A stretch of DNA of 64,000 nt, taken from an uncultured Fibrobacteria bacterium. Its GTDB lineage: Bacteria; Fibrobacterota; Fibrobacteria; UBA11236. Location: NCBI GenBank assembly GCA_963716395.1, contig OY970309.1, positions 2,688,001-2,752,000 of the forward strand. The letters run 5' to 3'. This document shows positions 1-9,165 of this stretch, in pieces; within the stretch, counting starts at the first letter, position 1; the number at the start of each line of letters is the position of its first letter. The notes below the pieces were generated by a model. The model worked only from the letters and a program-made list of their open reading frames with translations. It did no database searches and was not told the DNA's origin. The position numbers and the translations under genes were made by a program.

Positions 1-486
1 ACCGGGCTCGACATCAGCGCCTCGGGCCTGCACGCGCAGCGTATCCGCCAGAACGTGATCGCCAGCAATCTCGCCAACGCCGAAACCACACGCACGCCCG
101 CAGGCGGTCCGTACAAGCGGCAGGTGGTGGTGCTGAAGGAAGATCAGACCGATCCCGAACAGCGCTTCGTGTTCGGCCCGGAAAAATTGCAGGGCTTCAC
201 CACCGAGCCCGATCACATTCCCATCCCCCAGCAGAATCTCCCGCTGGCCGATGAGCAGGTGGGCAGCGGCGTCGAGGTCGCGGCCATCGAAGCCGACGGC
301 GCGCCGCCGCGCATGGTGTATGATCCCAACCATCCCGACGCCAATGCGCAGGGTTATGTGGCTCTGCCGAACGTGAACGTGGTGCAGGAAATGACCGACA
401 TGATTTCCGCCACGCGTTCGTATGAAGCCAATGTCACCGCCTTCAACGCCACCAAGGGCATGTTGATGAAGGCGCTGGATCTCTGA
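1..486 (+). CDS. flgC: Flagellar basal-body rod protein FlgC (5' end outside window)
   Basis: Frame open from base 1: TGLDISASGLHAQRIRQNVIASNLANAETT...YDPNHPDANAQGYVALPNVNVVQEMTDMISATRSYEAN. Confidence 0.95.
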   Translation, partial: TGLDISASGLHAQRIRQNVIASNLANAETTRTPAGGPYKRQVVVLKEDQTDPEQRFVFGPEKLQGFTTEPDHIPIPQQNLPLADEQVGSGVEVAAIEADGAPPRMVYDPNHPDANAQGYVALPNVNVVQEMTDMISATRSYEANVTAFNATKGMLMKALDL

Positions 487-505
487 GCGGGAGCGGGGAA
501 GGGTT

Positions 506-781
506 ATGGCGGGCATGCAAATCCCAGATGGAGTCGGGGGAGCGAACGGGTTCGAACGCTTCCGCGCCCTGCGCGAGCAGGCGCAGCAGCGCCTGCGCCG
601 CACCGACGTCGAGTCGCGCCTGCAGACCGCGATTCAAAAGCAGCAAGCCTCGGGCTCTGCCGCCGGCTCGCCGGCGCAGTCGGCGGCTCCGGGCCCCGCG
701 GGGCAATACGCTTCGGCCGGGGCGTTGGAAAAACCCGATCCCAAACCGGCATTGGGCCAGATTCTCGATCTGTTGGCCTGA
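506..781 (+). CDS. Small hypothetical protein inside flagellar operon
   Basis: 91-aa ORF with purine-rich RBS, fills flgC-fliE gap; ends LGQILDLLA. Confidence 0.65.
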   Translation: MAGMQIPDGVGGANGFERFRALREQAQQRLRRTDVESRLQTAIQKQQASGSAAGSPAQSAAPGPAGQYASAGALEKPDPKPALGQILDLLA

Positions 782-791
782 GGGGACCGCG

Positions 792-1109
792 ATGTCCGAC
801 AGCGAACCCATCCTGAACTTCGGCCCGCCGCCCGAAATCGAATTGCCGGGAGGCCCGGCCACGGGCGGCCCGGTGCGGCCGCAATCGACCTCTTCGTTCG
901 GAGACATGTTCAGCTCGTTCCTCAAAGACGTGAATTCCATGCAGATCAAGGCCGATCAATCGATTCAGAAAATGGTCACGGGCGAGATCAAAGACGTGCA
1001 CCAGGTCATGCTGGCGGTCGACGAAGCCAAGGTGGCCTTCAACCTGCTGCTGGAAATCCGCAACAAGACCATGGATGCCTACAATCAAGTCATGCAGATG
1101 AAGAGCTGA
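792..1109 (+). CDS. fliE: Flagellar hook-basal body protein FliE
   Basis: ATG at 792 after GAGGGG; SFGDMF...DVHQVMLAVDEAKVAFNLLLEIRNKTMDAYNQVMQM. Confidence 0.93.
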   Translation: MSDSEPILNFGPPPEIELPGGPATGGPVRPQSTSSFGDMFSSFLKDVNSMQIKADQSIQKMVTGEIKDVHQVMLAVDEAKVAFNLLLEIRNKTMDAYNQVMQMKS

Positions 1110-1209
1110 GGAAGAATATGCACCGGCCTTTGAGACAGCGCGCATTTCTCCCCATTCGCATTTTCGGAAGACCCGCTCAAAACTTGAGCACCCCCGCAAG
1201 GAGCCTCCC

Positions 1210-2781
1210 ATGTCGGAATACCTGAAGCAGTTGATCTTGCAGCTCAAGCAGATCTGGGAGAAACTCAATCCCACCCAGAAGGGCGTGCTGGTGGCCACCA
1301 CGGCCGTGGTGCTGGCCGGCCTCATCACCATCGTGGCCTGGAACTCGGGCGGAACCGGCGGCGACGGGGCGCATAACGGATATACCACCTTGTTCACCGG
1401 CCTCGAGCCCGAAGACGCCGCCAAGGTCACGGCCGTGCTCAAAGATTCCAAGACGCCATACCAGTTCGACAATGACGGCCACACCATTCTCGTGCCCAAG
1501 GACAAGATCTACGACACGCGCATGGACATGGCGCAGAAAGGGCTGCCCGAAAGCGGCGTGGAAGGCTACGAACTGTTCGACAAGGTGCAGATCGGCATGA
1601 CCGACTTCGTGCAGAACCTCGACTACAAGCGCGCCCTCGAAGGCGAACTCACCCGCACCATCGAAACCATCCGCGAGGTGGACAAGGCGCGCGTGCATGT
1701 GATGATTCCCAAGCCCACCCTGTTCACCGACAACAAGGTTTCGCCCACGGCTTCGGTGATCCTGCGTCTGCGGCCGGGCGCCGAGCTCACGCCGGATCAG
1801 ATCGTCGGCATCACCCATCTCGTCGCCAGCTCGATCGAGGGCCTCAAGGCTTCGGAAGTCGCGGTGCTCGACAGCCACGGCAATCTGCTGACCAAGGATT
1901 ACGGCGAAAGCCCGCTGGCCGAGCAGACCGATCACAATCTCATGATCCAGGGCGAGGTCGAAGATCGGTTGGAACGCAAGGTGAGCGACATTTTCAACGG
2001 ACTGCTCGGTCCGGGCAACGTGCGCGTGAAGGCCGCGGTCGATCTCGACATGGACCAGGTGCAGAAAACCGTCGAGTCGTACGACCCCAACACCAAGGTC
2101 ATCCGCTCGCAGCAGCGCGATGACGGCATGATCAAGGGCAGCCCCACGGCCCAGATGGAGCAGAAAGAAGGCTCGATCACCAATTACGAATTCGACAAAA
2201 CCGTGGCCAATATCGTGGCCACGCCCGGGGCCGTGAACCGTATGACGATTTCGGTGGCCGTCGACGGGTCGTACAAGACCGGGCCCGATGGCAAAACCAC
2301 CTATGTGCCGCGTACGCCGGAAGAACTCGACAAGTTTACCGCCTTGGTCAAGAACGCCGTGGGCTACCGGCCCGACAGCAAAGACGAAGTGTACGTGACC
2401 AACGTGCAATTCGACCGCCAGTTGGCTCCCGACGACGAAATCGCGCTGCGCAAAGTGGGCGAGCCCGCCTGGTTGGAGCTGCTCAAGCAATACGGAATTC
2501 TGCTGCTCATCGTGGTGTTCGGATTCATCTTTCTGCGCGGGCTGGCCCGGAATCTTTCCAGCGCCATGAATCCGCCCCGGCCGCGGTACGCCGGGGTGAA
2601 CCTGGATTATTGGAACGCCAAGGTTCCCGAGAACGTGCAAAAGCAAAAAGACATTCTTGAGAAGGTTGAGATCATGACGCGCACCGAGCCGCTTAACATC
2701 GCCAACCTCATTAAGACCTGGATCCACGACGGCTCGGAAATGCAGAATAGAGATGCGAAAAAAGCCGCGAACAAGCGGTAG
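1210..2781 (+). CDS. fliF: Flagellar M-ring protein FliF
   Basis: N-terminal TM; GYELFD, RALEGELTRTI, ARVHVMIPK and PTASVIL motifs; second TM near C-terminus. Confidence 0.95.
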   Translation: MSEYLKQLILQLKQIWEKLNPTQKGVLVATTAVVLAGLITIVAWNSGGTGGDGAHNGYTTLFTGLEPEDAAKVTAVLKDSKTPYQFDNDGHTILVPKDKIYDTRMDMAQKGLPESGVEGYELFDKVQIGMTDFVQNLDYKRALEGELTRTIETIREVDKARVHVMIPKPTLFTDNKVSPTASVILRLRPGAELTPDQIVGITHLVASSIEGLKASEVAVLDSHGNLLTKDYGESPLAEQTDHNLMIQGEVEDRLERKVSDIFNGLLGPGNVRVKAAVDLDMDQVQKTVESYDPNTKVIRSQQRDDGMIKGSPTAQMEQKEGSITNYEFDKTVANIVATPGAVNRMTISVAVDGSYKTGPDGKTTYVPRTPEELDKFTALVKNAVGYRPDSKDEVYVTNVQFDRQLAPDDEIALRKVGEPAWLELLKQYGILLLIVVFGFIFLRGLARNLSSAMNPPRPRYAGVNLDYWNAKVPENVQKQKDILEKVEIMTRTEPLNIANLIKTWIHDGSEMQNRDAKKAANKR

Positions 2782-2795
2782 GCGGGAGAGCGGGT

Positions 2796-3854
2796 ATGGC
2801 GGGTGAAATGGCGGCGGCCGGCGAAGACCTCGAAATCGGGGAGAAAGACACCCCCCCGCTGAACGGACCACAAAAGGCAGCCGTGATGATGATCACATTG
2901 GGGGCCGACGCCTGCGCCCAGATTTTCAAGAGCCTCGACGAGGAGGACGTCGAGATCCTCACCGCCCAGATCGCGCGCCTGCAGGGGGTCACCTCCGAGG
3001 TGCGCGAACAAGTGCTGGAGGAGTTCCACCAGATGGCGGTGGCGCAACGCTACATCCTGCAAGGCGGCGTCGACTACGCCAAGACCGCGCTGGAAAGCGC
3101 CATGGGCCCGCGCAAGGCCCGCGAGATTCTGGAAAAGGTGCAGACCAGCATCCGCACCACGGGTTTCAGCCTGTTGAAAGACATCGATCCCATGCAGGTG
3201 GTGAACTTCATCCAGAAGGAGCACCCGCAGACCGTGGCCCTCTTGCTGGCCCACATGGATTCGGCGGCGGCGGCCCCGATTCTTTCGGCCCTGCCGCAGG
3301 AATTGCAGGTCGACGTGACCACGCGCATGGCCACCATGCAAAGCGTCACGCCCGACGTGCTGGAACAGGTCGAAGAGGTGCTGTCGCAGCAGATGAAGAG
3401 CCTGTTCGGCGGCAACGTCTCCGAAGTCGGCGGCGTGAAGTTCGTGGCCGAAATGCTGAACCAGGTCGACCGCAGCGCCGAGAAGAACATTCTGGGCAAC
3501 CTCGAACGCGAGAACCCCGAGTTGGCCACCGAGATCAAGAACCTCATGTTCGTGTTCGAAGACATCGCCGTACTCGACGATCGCGGCATCCAGCGCGTAC
3601 TCAAGGAAATCGACACCAAAGAACTGGGCCTGGCGCTCAAAGGCGCCAGCGAAAGCGTGAGTTCCAAGTTCTTCCACAACATGTCGAGCCGCGCTTCGGA
3701 GATGATGAAGGAAGACATGCAGTTCATGGGCCCCGTGCGTCTCAAAGACGTCGAAGGCGCGCAACAGCGCATCGTCGATGTGGTGCGCCGCCTGGAGGAC
3801 GAAGGCGAAATCGTGATCTCGGGCCGCGGCGGCGAAGACGAAATCGTGGTCTGA
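2796..3854 (+). CDS. fliG: Flagellar motor switch protein FliG
   Basis: GGVDYAK, EHPQTVA, MFVFED, GPVRLKDVEGAQQRIV motifs. Confidence 0.97.
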   Translation: MAGEMAAAGEDLEIGEKDTPPLNGPQKAAVMMITLGADACAQIFKSLDEEDVEILTAQIARLQGVTSEVREQVLEEFHQMAVAQRYILQGGVDYAKTALESAMGPRKAREILEKVQTSIRTTGFSLLKDIDPMQVVNFIQKEHPQTVALLLAHMDSAAAAPILSALPQELQVDVTTRMATMQSVTPDVLEQVEEVLSQQMKSLFGGNVSEVGGVKFVAEMLNQVDRSAEKNILGNLERENPELATEIKNLMFVFEDIAVLDDRGIQRVLKEIDTKELGLALKGASESVSSKFFHNMSSRASEMMKEDMQFMGPVRLKDVEGAQQRIVDVVRRLEDEGEIVISGRGGEDEIVV

Positions 3855-3855
3855 G

Positions 3856-4686
3856 ATGGAGGAATTCCGCCCGGAATCGGCCGCCCGCAAGCCTTCGCGC
3901 CGCGTGGTGCGTGCCGCCGACTGGAGCCCCACGCCCGCAGGCGGCATGTCGGCCTTTGCGTACACGCCGTTTTCCGCGCCGGGCAAAGCCGTCCCCGCGG
4001 CCCCCGACTCCGAAACCGCACGCCTGGCCGCCTTGCAGGCGCACCTGCGGCGGCAGGAAGAGGAATTCCGCCGGCAACTCGAAAGCGAGCGCCGCGCGCT
4101 GTCCGAAGCCGAGAAACGGCATTTCGTCCAAGGGCTGGAGCAAGGCCGGCGCGAAGCCGGGCAGGAGGAACGCGCGCGTTACGACCGGACCCTCGAGGCC
4201 TTGCGCGGCGAAACGCAAAACCTGCTGCAAACCTTCACGCGCGAAAAGGATTCCGTCTTTCTGGAATATGCGAGCCAGGCGGCCGAGGTCTTGGCCTTCG
4301 CACTGCGCCGGGTGTTCGGCGAGTTGGCGGGAAATTTTCCCGAAGCCGTGCTGCCGCTTATCCGTGAAGCCGTACAGGCCCTGGGTCAGAGCGCGGATCT
4401 CGTCGTCAAGGTGAATCCCGCGGATCTGCCGCTGGTCGAAGAACGCCGCGATTTTTGGCAGCGCCTCAATGCCACGGGCGAAGGCGTGCGCTGCGTGGCC
4501 GACGAACGCGTGGCGCCGGGAGGATGCCTGGTGCTGGCCGATGCCACCGCCGCCCGCATCGATTTGGAATCGGTGGGCGCGCGTTTGGCCGAAGCCGTGC
4601 GGGCGGCCTGTGCCGATCGCAAGCGCCTCCCGCCCGCGGCTGCGGAGAACCTGCCCCCGGAGCGGACTGCGGCCGGCGCAGGCTAG
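3856..4686 (+). CDS. fliH: Flagellar assembly protein FliH
   Basis: GxxxG repeats (QGLEQGRREAG), KVNPADL, DERVAPGGCLV; lies between fliG and fliI. Confidence 0.85.
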   Translation: MEEFRPESAARKPSRRVVRAADWSPTPAGGMSAFAYTPFSAPGKAVPAAPDSETARLAALQAHLRRQEEEFRRQLESERRALSEAEKRHFVQGLEQGRREAGQEERARYDRTLEALRGETQNLLQTFTREKDSVFLEYASQAAEVLAFALRRVFGELAGNFPEAVLPLIREAVQALGQSADLVVKVNPADLPLVEERRDFWQRLNATGEGVRCVADERVAPGGCLVLADATAARIDLESVGARLAEAVRAACADRKRLPPAAAENLPPERTAAGAG

Positions 4687-4688
4687 AC

Positions 4689-6062
4689 GTGGAACCTCCC
4701 CGCCCCGACTCCGTCTCCGCTCCGGCCGAAACCGGGAACCGCGAACACTTTGCCGCCTATCTCCGCGCCGTGGCCTCGGTGCCGCTGGCCGAAGTGCGCG
4801 CCGCCGTGGTGCAGGTGATCGGGTTGATTCTGGAAAGCACCGGGCTGCGCGCGGCCATGGGCGAAGTATGCCGCATCTATGACGGTTCGCGCGTCGTGGG
4901 GTGGGCCGAAGTGGTGGGCTTTCGCAAGCATACGACCTTACTCATGCCCGTGGGCGAACTGGCGGAAATCCGTCCGGGTCTGGAAGTCGAGGCCACGGGG
5001 CGGCCTTTCACCTTGCCGGTGGGCGAAGCTTTGTTGGGCCGCGTGCTCAACGGACTGGGTCAGCCGCTCGACGATTTGGGGCCCTTGACTACGGCCGCCG
5101 GCGGCGAAACGGCGCGCATTTTCAACGCGCCGCCCAATCCGCTGTCGCGGCGCCGCATCCGCGAACCCATGGTCACGGGCATCCGCTCCATCGACGCCTT
5201 TCGCACCTTGGGCAAAGGCCAGCGCGTGGGGTTGTTCGCGGGGTCGGGCGTGGGCAAATCGGTGTTGCTGGGCATGATCGCCCGCAATTGCCAGGCGGCG
5301 GTGAACGTCATCGCCCTGATCGGCGAGCGCGGCCGCGAGGTCAAGGAGTTCATCGAAAAAGATCTCGGGCCCGAAGGGCTGAAGCGATCGGTGGTGTTCG
5401 TAGCCACTTCGGATCAGCCGGCCCTGGTGCGGCTCAAAGCCGCGCTGTCGGCCACGGCGGTAGCCGAATGGTTCCGCGATCGCGGCAAAGACGTGATGCT
5501 GCTCATGGATTCATCGACGCGCCTGGCCATGGCCCAGCGCGAAATCGGCCTGGCCGTGGGCGAGCCACCTTCCTCGCGCGGGTATACGCCCTCGGTGTTC
5601 GCCTTTCTTCCCAAGCTTTTCGAGCGGGCGGGCATGGGCGCCCAAGGCTCCATCACTTCGATTTACACCGTACTGGTCGAAGGCGACGACATGGACGAAC
5701 CCGTGGCCGACGCGGTGCGCTCGATTCTCGACGGCCACATCGTGCTTTCCCGATCTTTGGCCCACCGCAACCACTATCCCGCCATCGACGTGCTGCAAAG
5801 CGTGAGCCGCTGCATGCCCGACGTCATCGAGGCGGCCCAGAAAGAGGCCGTCGCCAAGGTGCTGCGCGCCATGGCCGTGTACCGCGAGTCCGAAGATTTG
5901 GTCAATCTCGGCGCCTACGCCCGCGGAACCAATCCCGAGCTCGACAAAGCCATCGCGCTGTCACCCGAACTGCAGCGTTTTCTGATTCAGGCCGTGGACG
6001 ATCGCGCCGACTTTCCCGAAACTTTGCAGCGCTTGCAGCAATTGGCGGCCGCGGTGAAATAG
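4689..6062 (+). CDS. fliI: Flagellar export ATPase FliI
   Basis: Walker A AGSGVGKS, GERGREV, LLMDSSTR, DGHIVLSR; probable GTG start at 4689 just after the fliH stop. Confidence 0.95.
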   Translation: MEPPRPDSVSAPAETGNREHFAAYLRAVASVPLAEVRAAVVQVIGLILESTGLRAAMGEVCRIYDGSRVVGWAEVVGFRKHTTLLMPVGELAEIRPGLEVEATGRPFTLPVGEALLGRVLNGLGQPLDDLGPLTTAAGGETARIFNAPPNPLSRRRIREPMVTGIRSIDAFRTLGKGQRVGLFAGSGVGKSVLLGMIARNCQAAVNVIALIGERGREVKEFIEKDLGPEGLKRSVVFVATSDQPALVRLKAALSATAVAEWFRDRGKDVMLLMDSSTRLAMAQREIGLAVGEPPSSRGYTPSVFAFLPKLFERAGMGAQGSITSIYTVLVEGDDMDEPVADAVRSILDGHIVLSRSLAHRNHYPAIDVLQSVSRCMPDVIEAAQKEAVAKVLRAMAVYRESEDLVNLGAYARGTNPELDKAIALSPELQRFLIQAVDDRADFPETLQRLQQLAAAVK

Positions 6063-6121
6063 GCGGAACGCGGTTTTTGCGCCGTGGCGGCCGCCGGGGC
6101 GCGAATGCTATTTTACGCGAG

Positions 6122-6673
6122 ATGAAGAAAGTGCTGGTGCTGCTGCATCCGGGTTGCGAAGAGATCGAAGCCGTGACGGTGATCGACCTGTTGCGCCGCG
6201 CCGACGTTGAAGTGGTCACGGCTTCGACGGTGGCGGATGCTAAGGTGGTCGGCGGCCGGGGCATCCCCCTGGTGGCCGACACCTTGCTGGCGCATTGCTC
6301 CGGCGAGGGTTTCGATTTGCTGGTTCTGCCCGGCGGCCCGGGCGTGGATGCGTTGCGCAAGCAAGCGGAAGTGCTGGAATGCGTCCGCCGCTTTTATCGC
6401 GCCGGCCTGTTCGTGGCGGCCATTTGCGCCGCGCCGCTGGTGCTGCTCGACGCCGGCATCACTGCCGGCCATACCGTCACCTCTTTTCCCGGCACCGAAG
6501 GCGAACTGCGCGGCAAGGTGCGGGCCTACACCACCGAACGGGTGAGCCGCGACGGCAAACTCATCACGTCGCGCGGTGCCGGTACGGCCGAAGAATTCGC
6601 CTTGGCCCTGGTGCGCGTCTTGCAGGGGCCGGCTGTTTCCGAGCAGGTACGCCAGCGCATCGTGGCGCGTTAG
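6122..6673 (+). CDS. DJ-1/PfpI (YajL/ThiJ-like) protein
   Basis: EEIEAVTVIDLLRRA, LPGG, AAICAAP, ITSRGAGTA; ATG at 6122. Confidence 0.9.
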   Translation: MKKVLVLLHPGCEEIEAVTVIDLLRRADVEVVTASTVADAKVVGGRGIPLVADTLLAHCSGEGFDLLVLPGGPGVDALRKQAEVLECVRRFYRAGLFVAAICAAPLVLLDAGITAGHTVTSFPGTEGELRGKVRAYTTERVSRDGKLITSRGAGTAEEFALALVRVLQGPAVSEQVRQRIVAR

Positions 6674-6733
6674 GCGTAATCGTAAAGCGACGGCCGTGCG
6701 CGCCATCTGGAACAAAATGCGGAGCCGCCGGAG

Positions 6734-7477
6734 ATGACCCTTTCGGCCGCCTTTGTGGTGGCGGCACCCTATCTCGGGGTGTTGCTGATCGGCGTTTCCA
6801 AAGCCGGTTTTGCCGCCGGATTGTCCTTGCTGACCACGCCGCTGTTGGCCACGGCCCTGCCCGCGCGCGAGGCCATCGGCCTCATCCTGCCGCTGCTCAT
6901 CGCCTGCGACGCCGTCACCTTGGCCGTATTCTGGGGTAAATGGGATTTTCGTTTGATCCGTTGGCCCCTGTGCGGCTGCGTGGCCGGCATCGCCTTGGGC
7001 ATGCTGTGCGTGAACGCCGTGTCGGATACGGTTTTGAAGCGGTGCATCGGAGCCCTGGGTTTAACCTTGCTGGTGCTGCTGGTGATCCGCAACCGCTGGT
7101 ATCCCACGCATCTCTACCGGCCCCCGCCGTGGCAGGGCGTGGCCGTGGGAATGTTGGCGGGATTCGTGTCGACCCTGGCGCATGCCGCCGGCCCGATCAT
7201 GGCCTTGTTTCTGCTGGCCCATCAAACCGAGAAAACGGTGTTCGTGGCCACCAACGCCATCTTTTTCGCCCTCAACAATCTTTTCAAGTTGCCGCCCTAT
7301 CTGATTTCCGGCCTCATCACACAGCAAACCTTACGCGCCGACTTGCGCTTTCTCCCCTGCATTCCGCTGGGCGTGGGCATCGGGTGGCTGTGCCTGCGGC
7401 TGCTGCCGCAAAAAAAGTTCACGGCGGTGATTTCGGTGTTGCTTCTTGCCACCTCGGTACAATTATTGATCGGCTGA
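6734..7477 (+). CDS. Sulfite exporter TauE/SafE family membrane protein
   Basis: Multi-TM; GVSKAGF, STLAHAAGP and NNLFKLPPY motifs. Confidence 0.85.
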   Translation: MTLSAAFVVAAPYLGVLLIGVSKAGFAAGLSLLTTPLLATALPAREAIGLILPLLIACDAVTLAVFWGKWDFRLIRWPLCGCVAGIALGMLCVNAVSDTVLKRCIGALGLTLLVLLVIRNRWYPTHLYRPPPWQGVAVGMLAGFVSTLAHAAGPIMALFLLAHQTEKTVFVATNAIFFALNNLFKLPPYLISGLITQQTLRADLRFLPCIPLGVGIGWLCLRLLPQKKFTAVISVLLLATSVQLLIG

Positions 7478-7483
7478 GGCCCG

Positions 7484-7879
7484 TCAAACGGGATGGGGAG
7501 TGGTCCCGCGATTTTTGCGCATGATTAAGAAACCAAGGACGTCGCACAAGAGGTTTTCCGGAACTTTCTCCAGCGTTTCGTATTCGGATTGCACGGTGTA
7601 GGCGCCATCTTCCATCAGACAAATCAGAACCCGGCCACAATAAGTCGCGCCTTGCGCGTAGAATTGAAGTCCGCCTAGAGCCGAGCCTTGAACCAGGCTG
7701 TTTTCGGGATGCAAGCTAAAGTGTCCGGGGTGAACGGGGGGGCCGACTCGGATATTCCATCGTCCCAAACTTTCCGGAGACTGCGAACGGATCGCAGCGA
7801 AAATTTTGGCGGCGATGGCAAAGGGGTCGGAACTTTTGCGGTACGGTTTTCCTGTCGGCATGGCTTGAACTTTAAACAT
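7484..7879 (-). CDS. Hypothetical protein, lower GC
   Basis: ORF (ATG 7879, or longer to 7960) divergent from an XRE regulator. Confidence 0.5.
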   Translation of the reverse strand: MFKVQAMPTGKPYRKSSDPFAIAAKIFAAIRSQSPESLGRWNIRVGPPVHPGHFSLHPENSLVQGSALGGLQFYAQGATYCGRVLICLMEDGAYTVQSEYETLEKVPENLLCDVLGFLIMRKNRGTTPHPV

Positions 7880-8007
7880 TAAAGTGTCTATTTCGCCACT
7901 CTGGTCTGTCAATGCTTCGCTCGATTTTCCCGGCGAAGTGTCCAAGTCGCCACGACCCAATTCCTTGAAAACCCTAGCTTTGGCACGATTTCACCAACGG
8001 GAGCCGT

Positions 8008-8313
8008 TTGGACGTTGTTCAAGTCGTTGCCGATCGCCTTTCCAAGCTGATTACCCAGCGCGGCTATTCCACGGTGGAAAGCTTTGCCTATGAAAACGGC
8101 TTGGATAAAAGCGCTTTGTCCAAAATTTTGAAAGGCCGCCGGCGCCCGCGCTTCGACACCCTGATTCGCATCGCCGAAGCCTTGGGCGTTACGCTGAACG
8201 ATTTGTACCTGGCCGAAAATGCCTCACTGGTGCGCGAAGCTTGGCCCGATTCCCGCTACGGCCGCGGCTCCCAAGCGAAGCCTCCCAAACGCCGCCGCGC
8301 CGGCAAATCCTGA
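8008..8313 (+). CDS. XRE-family helix-turn-helix regulator
   Basis: SVESFAYENGLDKSALSKILKGRRRPRFDTLIRIAEALGV is a typical HTH_3 pattern; TTG start. Confidence 0.85.
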   Translation: MDVVQVVADRLSKLITQRGYSTVESFAYENGLDKSALSKILKGRRRPRFDTLIRIAEALGVTLNDLYLAENASLVREAWPDSRYGRGSQAKPPKRRRAGKS

Positions 8314-8347
8314 TGCCGGCGGCCCCCGCGCCTTGCGGCGCGCGGGA

Positions 8348-9160
8348 TCAAACCTCCGGCGTCGCGCACCGATCCGCCGGATAGTCGTGCAACTCCGTCA
8401 GCGCAGCGTGTGTCCCGCAGGCCGGGCAATCGGGATCGCGGCGGCCGGTCAGTTCGCGGAAACGCATCGACCAGGCGTCGAACACCAACAAACGATCGGT
8501 CAGCAGATCTCCCAGGCCCAAAAGGTATTTGACGGCTTCGGCGGCCTGGAGCGAGCCCAGGATCCCGGGTAACATGCCGAGTACTCCGGCCTCGGCGCAA
8601 TTGGGAACGCTGTCGGGCGGGGGCGGATCGCGGAACAGGCAGCGGTAGCAGCGGCTTTTCCCCGGCAGCACGGTCATGGTCTGGCCTTCGAAGCGCAGCA
8701 TGCCCGCATGCGAAAACGGCTTGCCGAGCAGCACGCAGGCGTCGTTCACCAGGAATTTGGCGGCGAAATTGTCGCAGCCTTCGACGATGAAGTCGTACCC
8801 GGCGAAGATCGGGGCGATAGTGGCCGCAGTCAGGAATTCGGGATGCTCGCGGACGGCGACGTCGGGGTTGAGCGCGTGGATTTTTTCGCGCGCCGACCGG
8901 GTTTTGGGCTTGCCGAGGTCGGGGGTGCCGTGCGCGATTTGGCGCTGCAGGTTCGACAGGTCCACGCTATCACCGTCGGCCACGCCCAGGGTTCCGACCC
9001 CAGCGGCGGCGAGATAGAGCAGGGCGGGCGATCCCAGGCCGCCCGCGCCCACCACCAGCACCTTGGCGTCGCGCAGTTTTCGCTGACCGGCAAAGCCCAC
9101 GCCCCGGAGGGAAAAATGCCGGGCGTAGCGCCGCATCTGCTCCGGGCTGAATTCGGGCAC
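8348..9160 (-). CDS. HesA/MoeB/ThiF family adenylyltransferase
   Basis: RYARH, GAGGLGS, DLSNLQRQ, CYRC and CPAC zinc motifs. Confidence 0.92.
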   Translation of the reverse strand: MPEFSPEQMRRYARHFSLRGVGFAGQRKLRDAKVLVVGAGGLGSPALLYLAAAGVGTLGVADGDSVDLSNLQRQIAHGTPDLGKPKTRSAREKIHALNPDVAVREHPEFLTAATIAPIFAGYDFIVEGCDNFAAKFLVNDACVLLGKPFSHAGMLRFEGQTMTVLPGKSRCYRCLFRDPPPPDSVPNCAEAGVLGMLPGILGSLQAAEAVKYLLGLGDLLTDRLLVFDAWSMRFRELTGRRDPDCPACGTHAALTELHDYPADRCATPEV

Positions 9161-9165
9161 GGCCG

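Noticed and set aside
1177-2871. Long antisense or alternate-frame ORFs (also 11386-13125, 33108-34571, 45062-46600, 62089-63813)
   Set aside because: Shadows of recognisable genes, expected in high-GC DNA; no motifs and biased composition.
4901-6121. Apparent 590-aa fusion upstream of the DJ-1 domain
   Set aside because: The extension overlaps fliI out of frame; the real start is ATG 6122.
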